Both the position numbers and the translations under genes were made by a program. Under the pieces are notes generated by a model. That model saw only the letters and a list, made by a program, of their open reading frames with translations, ran no database searches and was not told the DNA's origin. A stretch of 63,579 nt of DNA, the filler included, from Dugesia japonica (lineage: Eukaryota): the NCBI GenBank assembly GCA_001938525.1. It is 6 parts of 6 records of this genome, joined end to end, with 100 filler letters (N's around TTAATTAATTAA, not from the genome) between each part and the next. Parts side by side here need not be neighbours in the genome. Positions count along the whole stretch, not along the records: positions 1 to 10,624 come from MQRL01640849.1; positions 10,725 to 19,439 come from MQRL01582339.1; 4 more parts are not named here. The stretch is one strand, 5' to 3'. Positions 1 through 13,236 of this stretch are shown one piece after another (within the stretch, counting starts at the first letter, position 1; each line of letters begins with the position of its first letter).

Positions 1-999
1 TACTCGCTTGATTCTCAAATCATACTTATCAACCATTTATTAGGTTTCCGTTTATAACCAGTTTCATTGGATTTGGATTTTATCAGTCAGTTGAGTCTTC
101 ATTAATTATAAATTTTCTTTTTTAGAATTAAGTATATTTAGCTGGGTTCAGTTAATTACTACGTTTACTTTAACAATCCATACCCTAAGGTTTAAAATTA
201 TCAAGAACGCAAGATTTTAACAAGTGGAAAAATATATTCGATTATCAAAACACCACTTGTTATACAGTAATTTAACAAATGGGACAAACAATAAAACTAA
301 CGTGGTCTGGATCCCGATCCGGAGCAAGCACGAGATTTGAATTACCATTTCCGTGGTAGATATTAATGATTCAATGGGTCCACCATAATTTTCCATATTT
401 GGTTCTAGTCGGAAATCGTTGCATCCGTAATTGAATAACAAGAATATTCACTTTAAAAAATCTCCGTTCGATTTCAGTATTTGCTTGATCAAAGATAAAA
501 TGTTTTGGTTAAAAGTACATCGGTATTTATACCGGTTTCTCTTCACACCCCCATTCCTTTCATTAGTTATTTGGAATCGTACTACTTTCTTGATGTTTCC
601 ATTGGCTTGAACGTCATGTAAGCTCTTTTTATTGGTTGATATTTTTGGACTTCGAATCTATTGGTCAACCTTCAATTCCGTGTATCTTTTTTCTGAGACT
701 CCTACCGATTTTTTAACTTAGATTTTCAAGATCTCTGATTGTTTCTTGACCAGAATCCTTTAAATTGCTAATTTTTTCACCATGGGAAGTCGTTGTTTTT
801 GCCGTTTTTCATGAAATAATTATTTTTCTTTTAAAAATAATTTATTTTAAATTGTTCGATTTATTTTATTTAAATAAATAAATAATTTATTTTATTTTCT
901 TCCAAAATATTAATCTGCTCTTCATTTCTTTGTCTTCCTGATTAACTTTAATTTAACTTAAATTTAGTATAATAAATATTAATAAATTTAAATTAATAG

Positions 1000-1231
1000 T
1001 GTGAGGATAAGTAAATGAATATTATTAAGTTTTAATTTTAGAAATTAATTAGAAATTAATTTGAATAAATAAAGAAGTTCTTTAATTATTCAGAGTGCTT
1101 GGCAGAAAATCAAAAATCAAAGAGAAGCAGATAATTATTTAAAGCCAGAATTTATTAACTTTTTGTGAAATAAATATTCTATATCATGACGGACTCTTTT
1201 TTGAATGAGCACGTATGCTCTGTTTCTAATA
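1000..1231 (+). repeat. 5' LTR of G1 (TGTGAG...CTAATA)
   Basis: Direct repeat of 5290-5521; followed immediately by the TGG of the PBS. Confidence 0.95.
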
Positions 1232-1244
1232 TGGTGGTAGCGGT
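1232..1244 (+). promoter_or_regulatory. Primer binding site, tRNA-Leu type
   Basis: TGGTGGTAGCGGT directly after the LTR; one mismatch to TGGTGGCAGCGGT, the complement of the 3' end of metazoan tRNA-Leu(AAG/TAG). Confidence 0.75.
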
Positions 1245-1269
1245 TAATACAGATAGTATTACGGACCAT

Positions 1270-2267
1270 CTTATGCCTGATATCTACAGAAGACACGGTG
1301 ACATTGAAAAATTTATATGCAAGTGCGAAATGTATTTCGGCTTCAAAGAAATTAACAATAAAAAGATCAGGAGCGGTTGGTAACGTATCTGATACAAGAG
1401 GAACTAGTAGGAAGTATGTTGAAACATTTAAAAAAACAGAAGGATTCCAGGATCGACTTCGCAAAGCATTTGTAAAGGAAAAAAGCATGATACGGGATTT
1501 CAAAGAACTATTAGATTTCAAACGAAATCATGAAGGTGTGGAAACATTTATTGCCAAAGTAATAGAACTGGTAAATAACTTATTTTCAAATAAACATTTT
1601 ACACAGGAAAACATTGTGGCAAAGATTTTGACTCACTGTGCAGGCAATAGTCGCGCAGAAGAGAAAGTACTCATGAGGAAAATAAATGAAGTTAATGGCA
1701 TTAAATAAACTTTGCAATCGTTAGATAAACTGGAGAATAAAAGAGAACAAATTAATGTAGTGTGAAGCAGTCCAAAAGAAACGGTAAGATTTAAGCAGAC
1801 AGCTGGAAACGTAGATAGAAAACAACAAAATAGTTGGGTGAAGTCTAATGATATATTTAGATGTTGAGAATGTAACAAAGAAGGCCATAGAGGAGAAGAT
1901 AAGAGAGATGCTGGACATGTGAAGAAGTAGGTCATATTAGTCGAGACTGCAGAAAAAATCAGATGAGACGATGCTTTCGATGTGGATTAAAGGGACACAT
2001 CTAAAGAGAATGTAAAGAAACAACCAGGAGTCAGATGAAGAACGAGGTTAGATCAAATATGTGGAACAGTAATGGAGGAATGAATCAAACTTATTATGAC
2101 AACAAGAGAGATAATGAATTTAAAAATAATAGATATGCACCATTATATTAGATTCAGGATGACTATGAGCAAGAATTAAGTTATGAAAAAGATGGAGAAG
2201 ACGAGAAAAGAAGATTCCCAAATGTAGAGGCTCCGATAGTAGAGGAGCTAGTTGGAGCCGTATATTA
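1270..2267 (+). pseudogene. gag: gag of G1 with three CCHC zinc knuckles
   Basis: ORF fragments 1186-1383 and 1298-1708; knuckles C*ECNKEGH, CWTCEEVGHISRDC and CFRCGLKGHI*REC at ~1860-2015; ends ...VGAVY* at 2267; start approximate. Confidence 0.85.
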
Positions 2268-5200
2268 ACTGGAAGTTCAATGGTATATCCTCAGGGAATG
2301 GAGAAGTGGGAAGATGTGAAAGCGATTGGAGATAATGTATTTAATTTATTGAAAAAGGAGTTGATAGAAGTAGATAAGAAAGATGAAAAAACGTTTGAGA
2401 CAAAGGGACAAGCAGAGACAGTAATTGAGTATGATGTATTTCAGGGTAGACCGAGCGTAAAGATAGGGATGGGAGATCAGTGGTGAGACTATTTGTTAGA
2501 TTCGGGGCAAGAGTAAACGTAATGAGTGGAGAATGCAGGGCGAAGTTGGGAAAAGTGTCATTAAAATGATGTGGGACAAAACTTCAGTGTACAAACGACA
2601 GTTTATTGTTAGATTGTGGGTGCAATGTAAAGAAAGAAAAGAACGGATATTATTCAAGGTAGTGAAACAAGTAGTACCGGATATTATAGGCGCTATGGAA
2701 TTCATGAATGCGTTTGGCTTTGCACTGATACAACGAGATTTTAATAGCAATAATGGAGAATCCAATAAGCATATTTGCAATATAGAAACTAATTTCGAGA
2801 AACAAGTTGACACAGATAAACGATGGAGAAAAGCGGGCAGTACGATAAATTGGAAAAGAGATGATCGGTTGAAGAACGTTTCTAGACAAAGAGGGGTAGT
2901 ATTTATGGCAAACAAATGGAATGTGGGTCGAACAGATATTGTTAAACACAAGATCATTACGAAAGGAGAGTCAATTAAAACTAAACTCTACAGACAACCG
3001 ATAAATTTGGAGAGCAAAATTGACGAAACAATTAAAAACCTGATGGATAATGGAATAAAACGACGATGCCATTCTCAATGGAATTCACCTCTGGTAAATG
3101 TATGGAAGAAAGATAAACAGATAATCCGACTATGTTTAGATTTTAGGAATCTGAACGCTATTACAGAGAGACAAGCGTTCCCAATGCCAAATTTTGAAGA
3201 GATGCTAGATATGTTGAATGAAATAACTTACTTCAGCCCGATAGATCTTGGTAATGCTTATTACCAAGTAGAGTTAGACAGCGAATCGCAGGAAAAGACA
3301 GCATTCTCGACTTAACAGGGCCAGTGCTGTTTCAACAGAATGTCGTTTGGCATAGCAGCAGCGCCGGTTACGTTTCAGGAGCTGATGGTAAAGGTGACGA
3401 AAGGCATCAAGGGATCTATGGTATATTTAGATAATATGTTAATTTTATTTAAGACATGAGAGGAACATTATGAAATTGTAAAAAGAGTGTTGGACAGCAT
3501 TGGTGAAGCAGGCCTCCATATTAACTCAGAAAAGTTCATTTTCCTTCAGAAAGAAATTAAATTCTTAGGACGCATTATCAGTTCAGAAGGAATTCATACA
3601 GATCCGGTAAAAATAAAAGCTATTCAAGCTTTTGGGGAACCATCATGTGTGAAGAAATTGCCTAGCTTCCTGGGCATCTGTAATTATTGTAGAAAGTTTA
3701 TTCGTGGGTATGCAACTAAAGCAAGAAAATTCGAGCAGCTATGTAGCGGTTAAGGTAATACAAAGATAGTTTGGTCTTTAGAGCTATCAGATGTGTTTAA
3801 AGAAATGAAGAAAGCTTTAATTTCTACAACAATTTTAGGATATCCGAATCTGCATGAGAAATTTATTCAAGATACCGATTCTAGCTTCGGAGCAATTGGA
3901 GCGGTGCTGTCGCAGGGAATGAAGACGGAAACGAAAGAGTATTAGCGTACGGGTCTCACGCAATGTCTACTCATGAACAAGGATACTGCATAACGCGTAA
4001 TGAACTCCTGGCAGTATATTACTTTTGTTTAAACTTAAAACATTTTTTATATAATCGATGATTTATTTTAAGAACGGATCACAAAGCTATCACGTTTATG
4101 TTGCATACAAAAAAAATCAATCAGAGCGCAGTTCTAAACCTGAATTAATTTCCTAGTAGTTTGGACATGAAATTGAAAATCAGGAAAGGTGAGAATCATG
4201 GGAATTCAGATGCATTAAGTAGATTGAAAAGTGATAAATGCGTACAATGCCAATTGATACATGAGGAGGCAACAATGGGAAAATTGAAGACGAGGAGACT
4301 AGGAGACACTCAGGGAATAAACGAGTTGGATATTGACATAAGCGGAAATAGAATGTCGGAGAATAATTGGCTATCGGAGTAGACAATGGAACAGAAGATT
4401 GTGAAAATTCATAAATCATTATGTCATGCAGGCATGGAGAAATCGGAGGAATATATCTGCTCAAGATACGAAGGAGACAGTTAAGATTAAGAATTAGAGA
4501 GATTATAAGAAGCTGTATTTTCTGTCTAAAAGCCAATGTTTTAACAAGTACAAGACTCGAAATAACTAAAAAATCCGACAGTTACGTTCCGTTCAAAGTG
4601 AGGATTATAGATATTTGTGGTCCATTAAAGGAGACAAAGAATAGAAAGAAATACATTCTTGGCATGATCAACCAATGTACGAAGTTTGTAGTTTTTTTGA
4701 GTTTAACTAGACAGGATAAAGATACGATTCAAGATTGTATTTGGAAGCACTGGATTCTGAAATTTGGATGTCCAAGAGTGATACGTTCTGATTGCGGGAG
4801 GGTCTTTGAAAGAAAAGAGATGAAAGAGCTAGCAGATAAAGCAAAGATTACGTAGTAAGTGTCGAGTCCATAACACCAAATGACAAACGGTCAAATCGAA
4901 CGCTAATTTCGGACGAACGCCTTCTCTTGAACGCATTCATGCGAGAAAGAGGAACTTCAGATTGGGCAGAAATCCTGCCGGAAGTAGGGTTTACGCTTAA
5001 TGTGACTAAACAGAAAATTACACAATGTAGTCCGGCAGAGTTAGTATTCGGGAGACAGTTGTACAGAGAAGGGTGGTGGTCAAAAGAGAAGATGAACAAA
5101 AATCAGGTGACAGATATGGCTGAGGATAAAAATGGCAGACAAGAAGACATTTTCAAATAGGTGAGGAAGTACTGGTAGAAGCAGAATCTCGAGATAATAA

Positions 5201-5289
5201 CCAAGATCGGTATAAAAGATCNTATGTAGTGATGGAAAAAGATTGACGCAGAACATCGAAAAACTTAAAAAATTCTGGAAGGAGGGAGA
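2217..5289 (+). pseudogene. pol: pol of G1 (protease, RT, RNase H, integrase)
   Basis: YLLDSG (~2490), RLCLDFRNLN, IDLGNAYYQV, KTAFST, YLDN (degenerate YLDD, ~3424), FLGICNY, HGNSDALSR, IIDICGP, RSDCG, SPAELVFG. Confidence 0.93.
5277..5289 (+). promoter_or_regulatory. Polypurine tract of G1
   Basis: GGAAGGAGGGAGA abutting the 3' LTR. Confidence 0.85.
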
Positions 5290-5521
5290 TGTCAGGATAA
5301 GTAAATGAATATTATTAAGTTTTAATTTTAGAAATTATATAGAAATTAATTTGAATAAATAAAGAAGTTGTTTGAAAATTCAGAGTGCTTGGCAGAAAAT
5401 CAAAAATCAAAGAGAAGCAGATAATTATTAAAAGCCAGAATTTATTAACTTTTTGTGAAATAAATATTCTATATCATGACGGACTCTTTTTTGAATGAGC
5501 ACGTATGCTCTGTTTCTAATA
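5290..5521 (+). repeat. 3' LTR of G1 (TGTCAG...CTAATA)
   Basis: Direct repeat of 1000-1231. Confidence 0.95.
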
Positions 5522-7308
5522 AATAGGGTTATCAAATTAATGGAATAGAGCAATATAAAATGGAAAATGTATTATTATATTGATATCANNNNNNNNNNNN
5601 NNNNNNNNNNNNNNNNNNNNNNNNNNNNNNNNNNNNNNNNNNNNNNNNNNNNNNGCAAAGTCATTCTAAAAAATTGACGGGGTAGATTAAGTGATATGAA
5701 AACTTTGAATGATTAAATTTAAATAAAATAATTAAAATACATAGCATTCAGTAATTAAGTTACGTGAGAGTTGTGGACACGTTTTTTAGAAATTTTGGTT
5801 ATTTTATAATTTTAGGGATTCAATCACAAACCTTTTATTGATAATGCAACGTAATACGTTGGTATGCTACCACTATAATTTTGGTATCATTAAATCCTTC
5901 TTATGGGTGATTTAAAGAGTATGAAAAATCATCTTAATAACATTTCAGTTGTTAATGTATTTTATTGGATATTTTTCTTATGTAACTGAGCTTTGCTTGT
6001 TCACGAATGAGTATTTAAACGAGTTGAAATTTTGTAAATATTTTGGCTGAATCACCATACAAGAAAAATTATTTTTTTCATTAAAAGATCATTTTTATAA
6101 GTAGATTTATTTTGATTATTGAAAATATTTCGATTTGGAGTAAATTATCAGATTTCAGAAATTAACAAAGTTAATGATATATTCCTTTAAAGTTTAGATC
6201 AATGATTCCCATAGTGGTATTTATTGATCCATATGTATTGAGTCTAAACTGCAAGGGACTCATAATAACTTACGTAACATTGATAGTACCTATGTACTTG
6301 CATAATACTTTCTTTTAATAGACTAATAAATTTTCATTGAAATAAAAATTTTTAAAATCTAGGAAACATGATGAAGATTTGGAGAACTTTATGACTCTAT
6401 GGTATAGAGTCGATTTTAATCATGGAAAATTCGAGATCGATGATGGGATAATTCTCTGTCAACGGGTCAAACAGATTTTAATTTTAATTTTAATTAATTA
6501 AATACTTTTAATTAATGCTAATTGTTGGAATATTCTCTTGAGTTCAATTAAGTTACATCGCTTTACTTATAAAATTATTGTTATACTCTTGCAGAAGCGA
6601 AACAAGGGTGGAGCAAATGTAGCAAATTCTCCGTTATCACAGTTTAGGGGCGTCAAAATTTGATTTAAAATATATTTATTGAATTTTCGTATCATATGAA
6701 TAAAAAATTTAACCTTTTTATTAAATTTTGATTTTTAAAAGGACACTGGATTGTCACCTTTGGCTTGTATAATTTGCAAGGGTTTTGATTTTGTTTAGAT
6801 ATAATTTTTTTGTTAATATTCATCATTAACAAAAATGATCATTAAATTAAAATCATAAATTAAATCATCATTATTTAAATAAAATAACATTTAAAATTGA
6901 AATTTAAGTTATTTTTTTCTTATAAAAGAAATATTATAAATTTCATAATAAACAATTATTTTATTTACTACACTATAACTTACATATTAATTAATTATAT
7001 TTCAGAAAATTTTGCAAATAGGCTATTTGCTTTGTGGTTACAACACTTGTAACTTGTAAAAACTTACATATTTGATATTACTATATTATGTGATATTACT
7101 ATATTATGTTTAATTTTGAGTACAATTTCTAAAGAAATTATAAAAATGATTAAATATTTTGGTAAAATGATTAAATATTTTGACTTAATTGATGAAACAT
7201 TTGGAAAAACCCTGTAATATTAATATTTTTTATTATTAAATATCAATATTATCAATATTAATGCTATCTTTATATATAAAGTTAGATGTTGGTTTGTTTT
7301 TAAAATGA

Positions 7309-7348
<40 letters not shown>

Positions 7349-7398
7349 NNNNNNNNNNNNNNNNNNNNNNNNNNNNNNNNNNNNNNNNNNNNNNNNNN

Positions 7399-7440
<42 letters not shown>
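7309..7440. repeat. (ATT/AAT)n microsatellite; further copies at ~9057-9195, 13164-13236, 16600-16672, 18149-18312, 19375-19439, 32895-33067, 55597-55675, 63505-63579
   Basis: Near-perfect trinucleotide arrays, often bridging N-gaps; source of the poly-I/N/L/Y ORFs. Confidence 0.97.
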
Positions 7441-9123
7441 CTTACATATAAAGTTGAATGCTTGTTTATATGTTTGTTTTATGAAATTATATTGGACGAG
7501 GGTAAAACGAATGTTCAAAGGAAGATCGCAAATGATGAATCCAAAAGCACCATAAAAAAATAGTCGTAGTAACATTATATTTTGAAAGATTTATTTCTTA
7601 GTATTATTATACATACATTATTTAAAACAATAAGTTTAAGGATAATTATTTAATATTTGACACTATAAATAAGTTTTTTGTATGGTTATTTTGGTGAGAT
7701 CTCGATATTTATTTGATTTACTACATAAACCTGGATATACGTTCTAATGAAGAAAACAGCACCAAATGAAACTTTAGTTGTCTTTCAATGAAAATGTTTT
7801 TGAATTGATACATATAATTCTGAATTGAATCCGAAATAAATAAAATCATTTATGCAACAGTATTTTAAAAAGCAGTTATAAACAAAAGAAAACGTCTATA
7901 AACAGAAATGGAAAGTAAGGAACTATCAACGGAAAAATACATGTAAAAAAATACAAATTGCTAAAGATATTCACTGATAATTTTATTTATTCACTTCTGA
8001 GAAACTCCGGGTATTTCAGCTAAAAATAATTAATATGGATATAGTTACTATCGCTATTGTTTCTCTTCTTCATTGTATTTATTACTACTTTTATCATCAT
8101 CTTTAGAAGTATCATTATAATTTTATGTCGCCTACAAAACACAAGAAATTCTAAAATTACTACCGTCAAACAGGGGATTGAATAATTGCTCAAAATGTTT
8201 CAACAGAATTTGTATCCGATTTGGAGCAAGTGTATCAATTTATTTAATCGCAGTAAAATCAAGATGCTTTCACTTTCTAAGTTCAATCTTGGATATTCTG
8301 TATCAGAATACTTTACCTATTTTATTGTAGGGGAAAATATCATTTTATCTAGGTAGAACAGTTTCATTTATTTATAAGTTGCAGTTGAAATTATGAAATG
8401 AAATGCCAAATACTTGAAGATGAAATGAAAAGAAAATGATAACTGTTCTCAAAAATAAATAAAATGTTAACTACTCTCAGATAAAGGAAATATATACTCT
8501 CAAAAGAATGAAATAATAGTCGGACAAAAAATGAAATGTTAATCACCCTTATATGAAAACAAAACAAATAATGTTGCTCTCAGGTGTAATTAATTAAATG
8601 CTTAATGAGTCCTCAGATGACAAGGTAAAATGATACACGATTCCGTATAAAAAATCAAAGCGGTGTTCAGCAACAAAACGGAGTGAAAGGTGACACTTAA
8701 ACGAATAAATATATGAATATTGGATAATGGTCTCATACAAATAAATTGAATAAAAAAGTCAAAATTAACAGCATCATACTTTAAGATAAGAAATGTACAA
8801 TAAAAATGAGTGAAATTTTGTGTGGCTGTGGTATGCTGAACAAATATTATGATATTATGTTTTGTTTTTTAATTAAGAGAAAAAAGATTTCTCATTTGGC
8901 AGTTTTTATTTCTTTTCTCAGGAAATCAACCTTCAAGAGATATCACCAACGTTGCCAATAGAAACTTTATAAGCCTAACGTGATAAATCATAGGCACCAT
9001 GGTGGAACAATGAAATGATTCCCCAAAACACGAATAAAAATTCTAGACTATATCTCAATAATAATAATAATAANNNNNNNNNNNNNNNNNNNNNNNNNNN
9101 NNNNNNNNNNNNNNNNNNNNNNN

Positions 9124-9183
<60 letters not shown>

Positions 9184-10624
9184 GATTAATAATAATGGTA
9201 ATTGTAAGAGAAGGTTAACAGAGTTGAATTTTTTAATTTAATTTAATTAATTTTAGGATAATTAACAATGGCGATAATGTTGTTTGTTTGAAGTGTTTGG
9301 GGCAGAATTTTTAGTTTGATTTTACTTTTATGTGTGTGATAAAACATTATTGAAGTGCATCATTTTTATTATTGAAGTTGTATATATTATTTGTTAAATT
9401 GGAATTCTACTGGAGCTTTTCTTTGAATTATCATTTTATATCAGATTAGATTTGAAATGATTCGTATTGTTATTGTATAAATCTTTTTATTGATTTAAAT
9501 CTTCTTTATAAACGTTGTTATTAATTGATAAATATATTTCACTAAATTTCAGAATTTGATATTTTATTAGTGGTGATTTTATTCGTTCAAATCTTGATCA
9601 TTTTCAGCATATTTATGACAACTTTTTCGAATGTTAAAGAAGATATAAAATCAGGGTTAGAAGGAACTAACAATAATTATAATAAATATAATAATAAAAA
9701 ATAAATAATAATATAAAAAAATAATTATAGTACAATGATCATGAAATATCAATAATTGTTTTTTTGTTCCAAATATTGCTTGTTGTACATTTACTAAATT
9801 AAAAGAAAATATCATTAATAAGTGTTCATAATAAAATCACGTTATTCAATAAATATAAATTATATTATTTAAATTTTTTGCATTAAACAATTTTAATACA
9901 AATTATATAAACATTATTGCCTGTTTTATTTGTATTGGCAAAAATATCATTTTTAAATTTTAAAATTTTGTTGCTTAGGTTGGTGTTTTAATTGCGTACG
10001 TTATTACTTTTGTCAGGCCTTTCCTTAGAAGCACACATATTAATGGAAAAAAAACGTTACGAAAATATTTCTTATGCTTATTAGATATTAGGTGTTCAAT
10101 TTCACAAATTTAAAAAATTCATAATAAATCTGTTATCCATTAATTAAAAAACTAATTTAGTTTTAATTTTAATTATTTAAAATCCAAATCAGCTGAATTA
10201 AACAATAAAATTGTCTCATATTTAGTTATATCATGGGTTAAATGGTCTGACAAACTATAAAATGAATTTCCGGTTGTTATTGACTAAGAAGAATTATTGT
10301 AAATGGGTTTTTAAATGATTTTCGCTGTATAATTGGATTTCAATGTCTTCCAGGTGTTTCACAATAATTTAATTTAAAGATTGCAAACTGTTAGAGAAAT
10401 TAAAAATCAACATCAACGTTTTTATTTTCAATATTTGACTTTATAACCACCAAATATATATATATATATAGTTTCTCGTTACATTTTACATTTTCTCAAA
10501 TAAAATCGTAATATTTGCTCCTCGTTTCATTTTAGATGATCTCAAATAAACTCGTAACATCTTTCTCTTGGGAGTACGCTCATCAATTTTTTAATGAAAA
10601 ACACTCGGATCATAAGTGTGAAAT

Positions 10625-10724
10625 NNNNNNNNNNNNNNNNNNNNNNNNNNNNNNNNNNNNNNNNNNNNTTAATTAATTAANNNNNNNNNNNNNNNNNNNN
10701 NNNNNNNNNNNNNNNNNNNNNNNN
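10625..10724. other. Artificial scaffold linker
   Basis: 44 N + TTAATTAATTAA (10669-10680; stops in all six frames) + 44 N. Confidence 0.97.
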
Positions 10725-11439
10725 TTATGTGTCTAAACATAACTTTTTTACATATAACTCTCAATCCATAACCTTCAAGGTTTCTACTTATAATTTTAAA
10801 ATGACTAATGTTAATAATTGATTTACAACTAATAGTGTTCAGTAATATTACTTCGACTACCAATTCAGCAAGTTGATTAATTTTTTTCAGAAATTTACTA
10901 GATGTCGACGAATTATTTCAAAGTTTAAATTTTTAAGATTAATAATTTTCATTCTTAAAAGCTTTTTCAGTTCAAATTATCAAACTATCCATTAAAAAAT
11001 TAACTGTTTTGAAATTAATTTAAAATAATTCTAGAAAAATAAATAATATAGATGGAATAAAGTAGAACAATAATTTAAATTATCCGCGAAAAAAATTCAT
11101 GTATTTAAACAAAATAAATATTTTCACACAAAAATATTTAAATTCGAATTGGTCACCAAAGATTTAATGAAATTGCTATATTTTCCACGTACAAATCTTT
11201 CTAGCCAATGAGAGTCTATATTACTTGTCTGTCGAGAGGGAAAAGGAGGGATCTGAAATATGAGCAGAGAGTGTTTTTTCATAGTAGTTCTTTAGACAAT
11301 GTATAGGCAGTTTTTGATTCTGATTCCAGTAATATCAAAATGTTCTAAGTATCATTGTTCTTTATCATTATTAGTGATACAGTGTTATACCACCTTTATC
11401 TCGAGAACGAAGCATTTTTCGAAAATAGTCCTTTAGACA

Positions 11440-11674
11440 ATGTATAGACAGTTTTTAATTATATCAAATTTGTAACCATAAAATTAATTTTGACCGAAAA
11501 AAAATTATATCAAAATCTGAAATTTCCCACTTCTATTTTTGACCAATCAAATTTGAAATCGAAAAATTTTTCAAATATGTTGACCAATCAAAATCAAAAG
11601 TTTCATATCACTAAAGTTTCTATATCACGTGGCCAGCTGAGGGAGCCGATACAGTGAGGTAATATCTACCTACT
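11440..11674 (-). mobile_element. Putative Polinton-like terminus, class I
   Basis: Minus strand reads AGTAGGTAGATATTACCTCACTGTA followed by repeated GATTGGTCAA (CCAAT) motifs, homologous to 39589 onward; inner boundary approximate. Confidence 0.55.
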
Positions 11675-13181
11675 GACAAAAAATAGAAATTATTTAATCA
11701 ACGAATATTTATTAATAATTAATTAATAAAAAACAATGAAATTTTAAGTTATTAGAGAAATGAGAGTTTCTTGAAGTAAATAAAGTGAATTGTAACAATT
11801 ATTGAACTAGAATACTGAAAACCTGTAATTCGAAAAAGAATCATTTTAAAACGAATGAAAATTTTAAATTAAAACATTGCAAGAAAATCTTTGAAAAAAC
11901 ACTTAAATTTTGTTTGTATTGTAGTACTGAACCAATCAAAATATTAAAATGAAATTTTAAATAAATAAATTAACCCATTCAAACGAAAATACATTAATTA
12001 TATTATATTTAATTTAATTCTAAAAATAAATAATGAAAATTAAATTAGAACAAATTAATAAGTTCTCTTTGAATATCAGATAAATCATTATTAAAATTTC
12101 AAAATATAAACTTTCAATAATTATTTTGACAAAGCCAAAATCGTTTATTTTCATCAAATCTTTTATAGCCAATAGAAATTCGACAATATTATTAATTAAT
12201 ATTTAAACCAATCAGACTGATTTATTGTTTTAAAACTACTATATAATAGTTCAGTTCTTATTGATTTGTTTATTAAATCAAAATAATCATTAGTAACTGA
12301 TTTTTACACATTACTAAGTCTGATTTTACTATTAAATTTAAATTAAAAATTCATATCATTCATTTCTTTTCGAGTTTTCAAGTCAAGTAATTTTAAATAA
12401 TGACTTCTAAAATTCTAAAAAGCAAACTAAGGAAAATTCAAGTAGATAAGTTTATGAATTGCGATGCATGGACATCCAATAAAACTTCCTGAAACATGGT
12501 TGTACATTATTAAATTTCTAAAATTCTTTAAGGTCCGTCTGTAAAGAAACTACATTTAAAATGTTTGCCAGATGCCTTTTATTTATTTATTACCATTTGT
12601 GAAAGCATTTTTTTATTATTTGTAATAACTAGAATTGCCATTTATTATATGTAAAGCAATATCACTTCATTAATTACTATTGTCTTTAATTTGACCGTCT
12701 AAATTGTTTAAATCAGTGGTTTTCAAAGATTTTTATGATTTCTTGTGTGGCGGTCTTTATAGAAATATTTTCATAAATCACAAACCCTTTAAAAATTTAC
12801 AATTTAAATTCAAATAAAATTAGACTGTTAATTGATCACTAAAATTTAGCAATGCATATTTTCAACTGCTTTATATTTTATCACATAATAAATTAGAAAT
12901 TTAGACTTTTTTTAGAACACGTAACGAAAAACTATCCATGTGAGAAGTGAGTCGCCGAAATTTTTTCAGAGAACAATTTTCGGAGTTTTATTCGATTTTG
13001 AACAAACCATCATTTACATTTTTATTTATATAGATAATCAAACAGATTTCATTAAAATAATATCTCATATTTACTTATATCAATTTTATCACTTAATAAA
13101 TGACACTTAGTGTAGTAAAATCATTTACCTTATAACAAAAATTTTCAAATTAACGCTTTTCGCTTATTATTATTATTATTA

Positions 13182-13236
<55 letters not shown>

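Larger units (their letters stand above)
1000..5521 (+). mobile_element. Full-length Ty3/Gypsy LTR retrotransposon (element G1), pseudogenised
   Basis: 232-bp LTRs at 1000-1231 and 5290-5521 (8 mismatches by my count); 5-bp TSD AATAG at 995-999 and 5522-5526; PBS and PPT present; internal order gag(CCHC)-PR-RT-RNaseH-IN with many stops and frameshifts. Confidence 0.96.

Noticed and set aside
1135-5099. Antisense ORFs over the Gypsy elements (e.g. 1135-1521, 2496-2957, 4180-4536; likewise 23021-24114 + over G2)
   Set aside because: Shadow frames of gag/pol with no independent motifs
12160-12500. CCAAT/TATA-like promoter with short ORF MTSKILKSK...CDAWTS
   Set aside because: The ORF stops after ~30 codons and such motifs are common in AT-rich DNA; could equally be a hAT scrap
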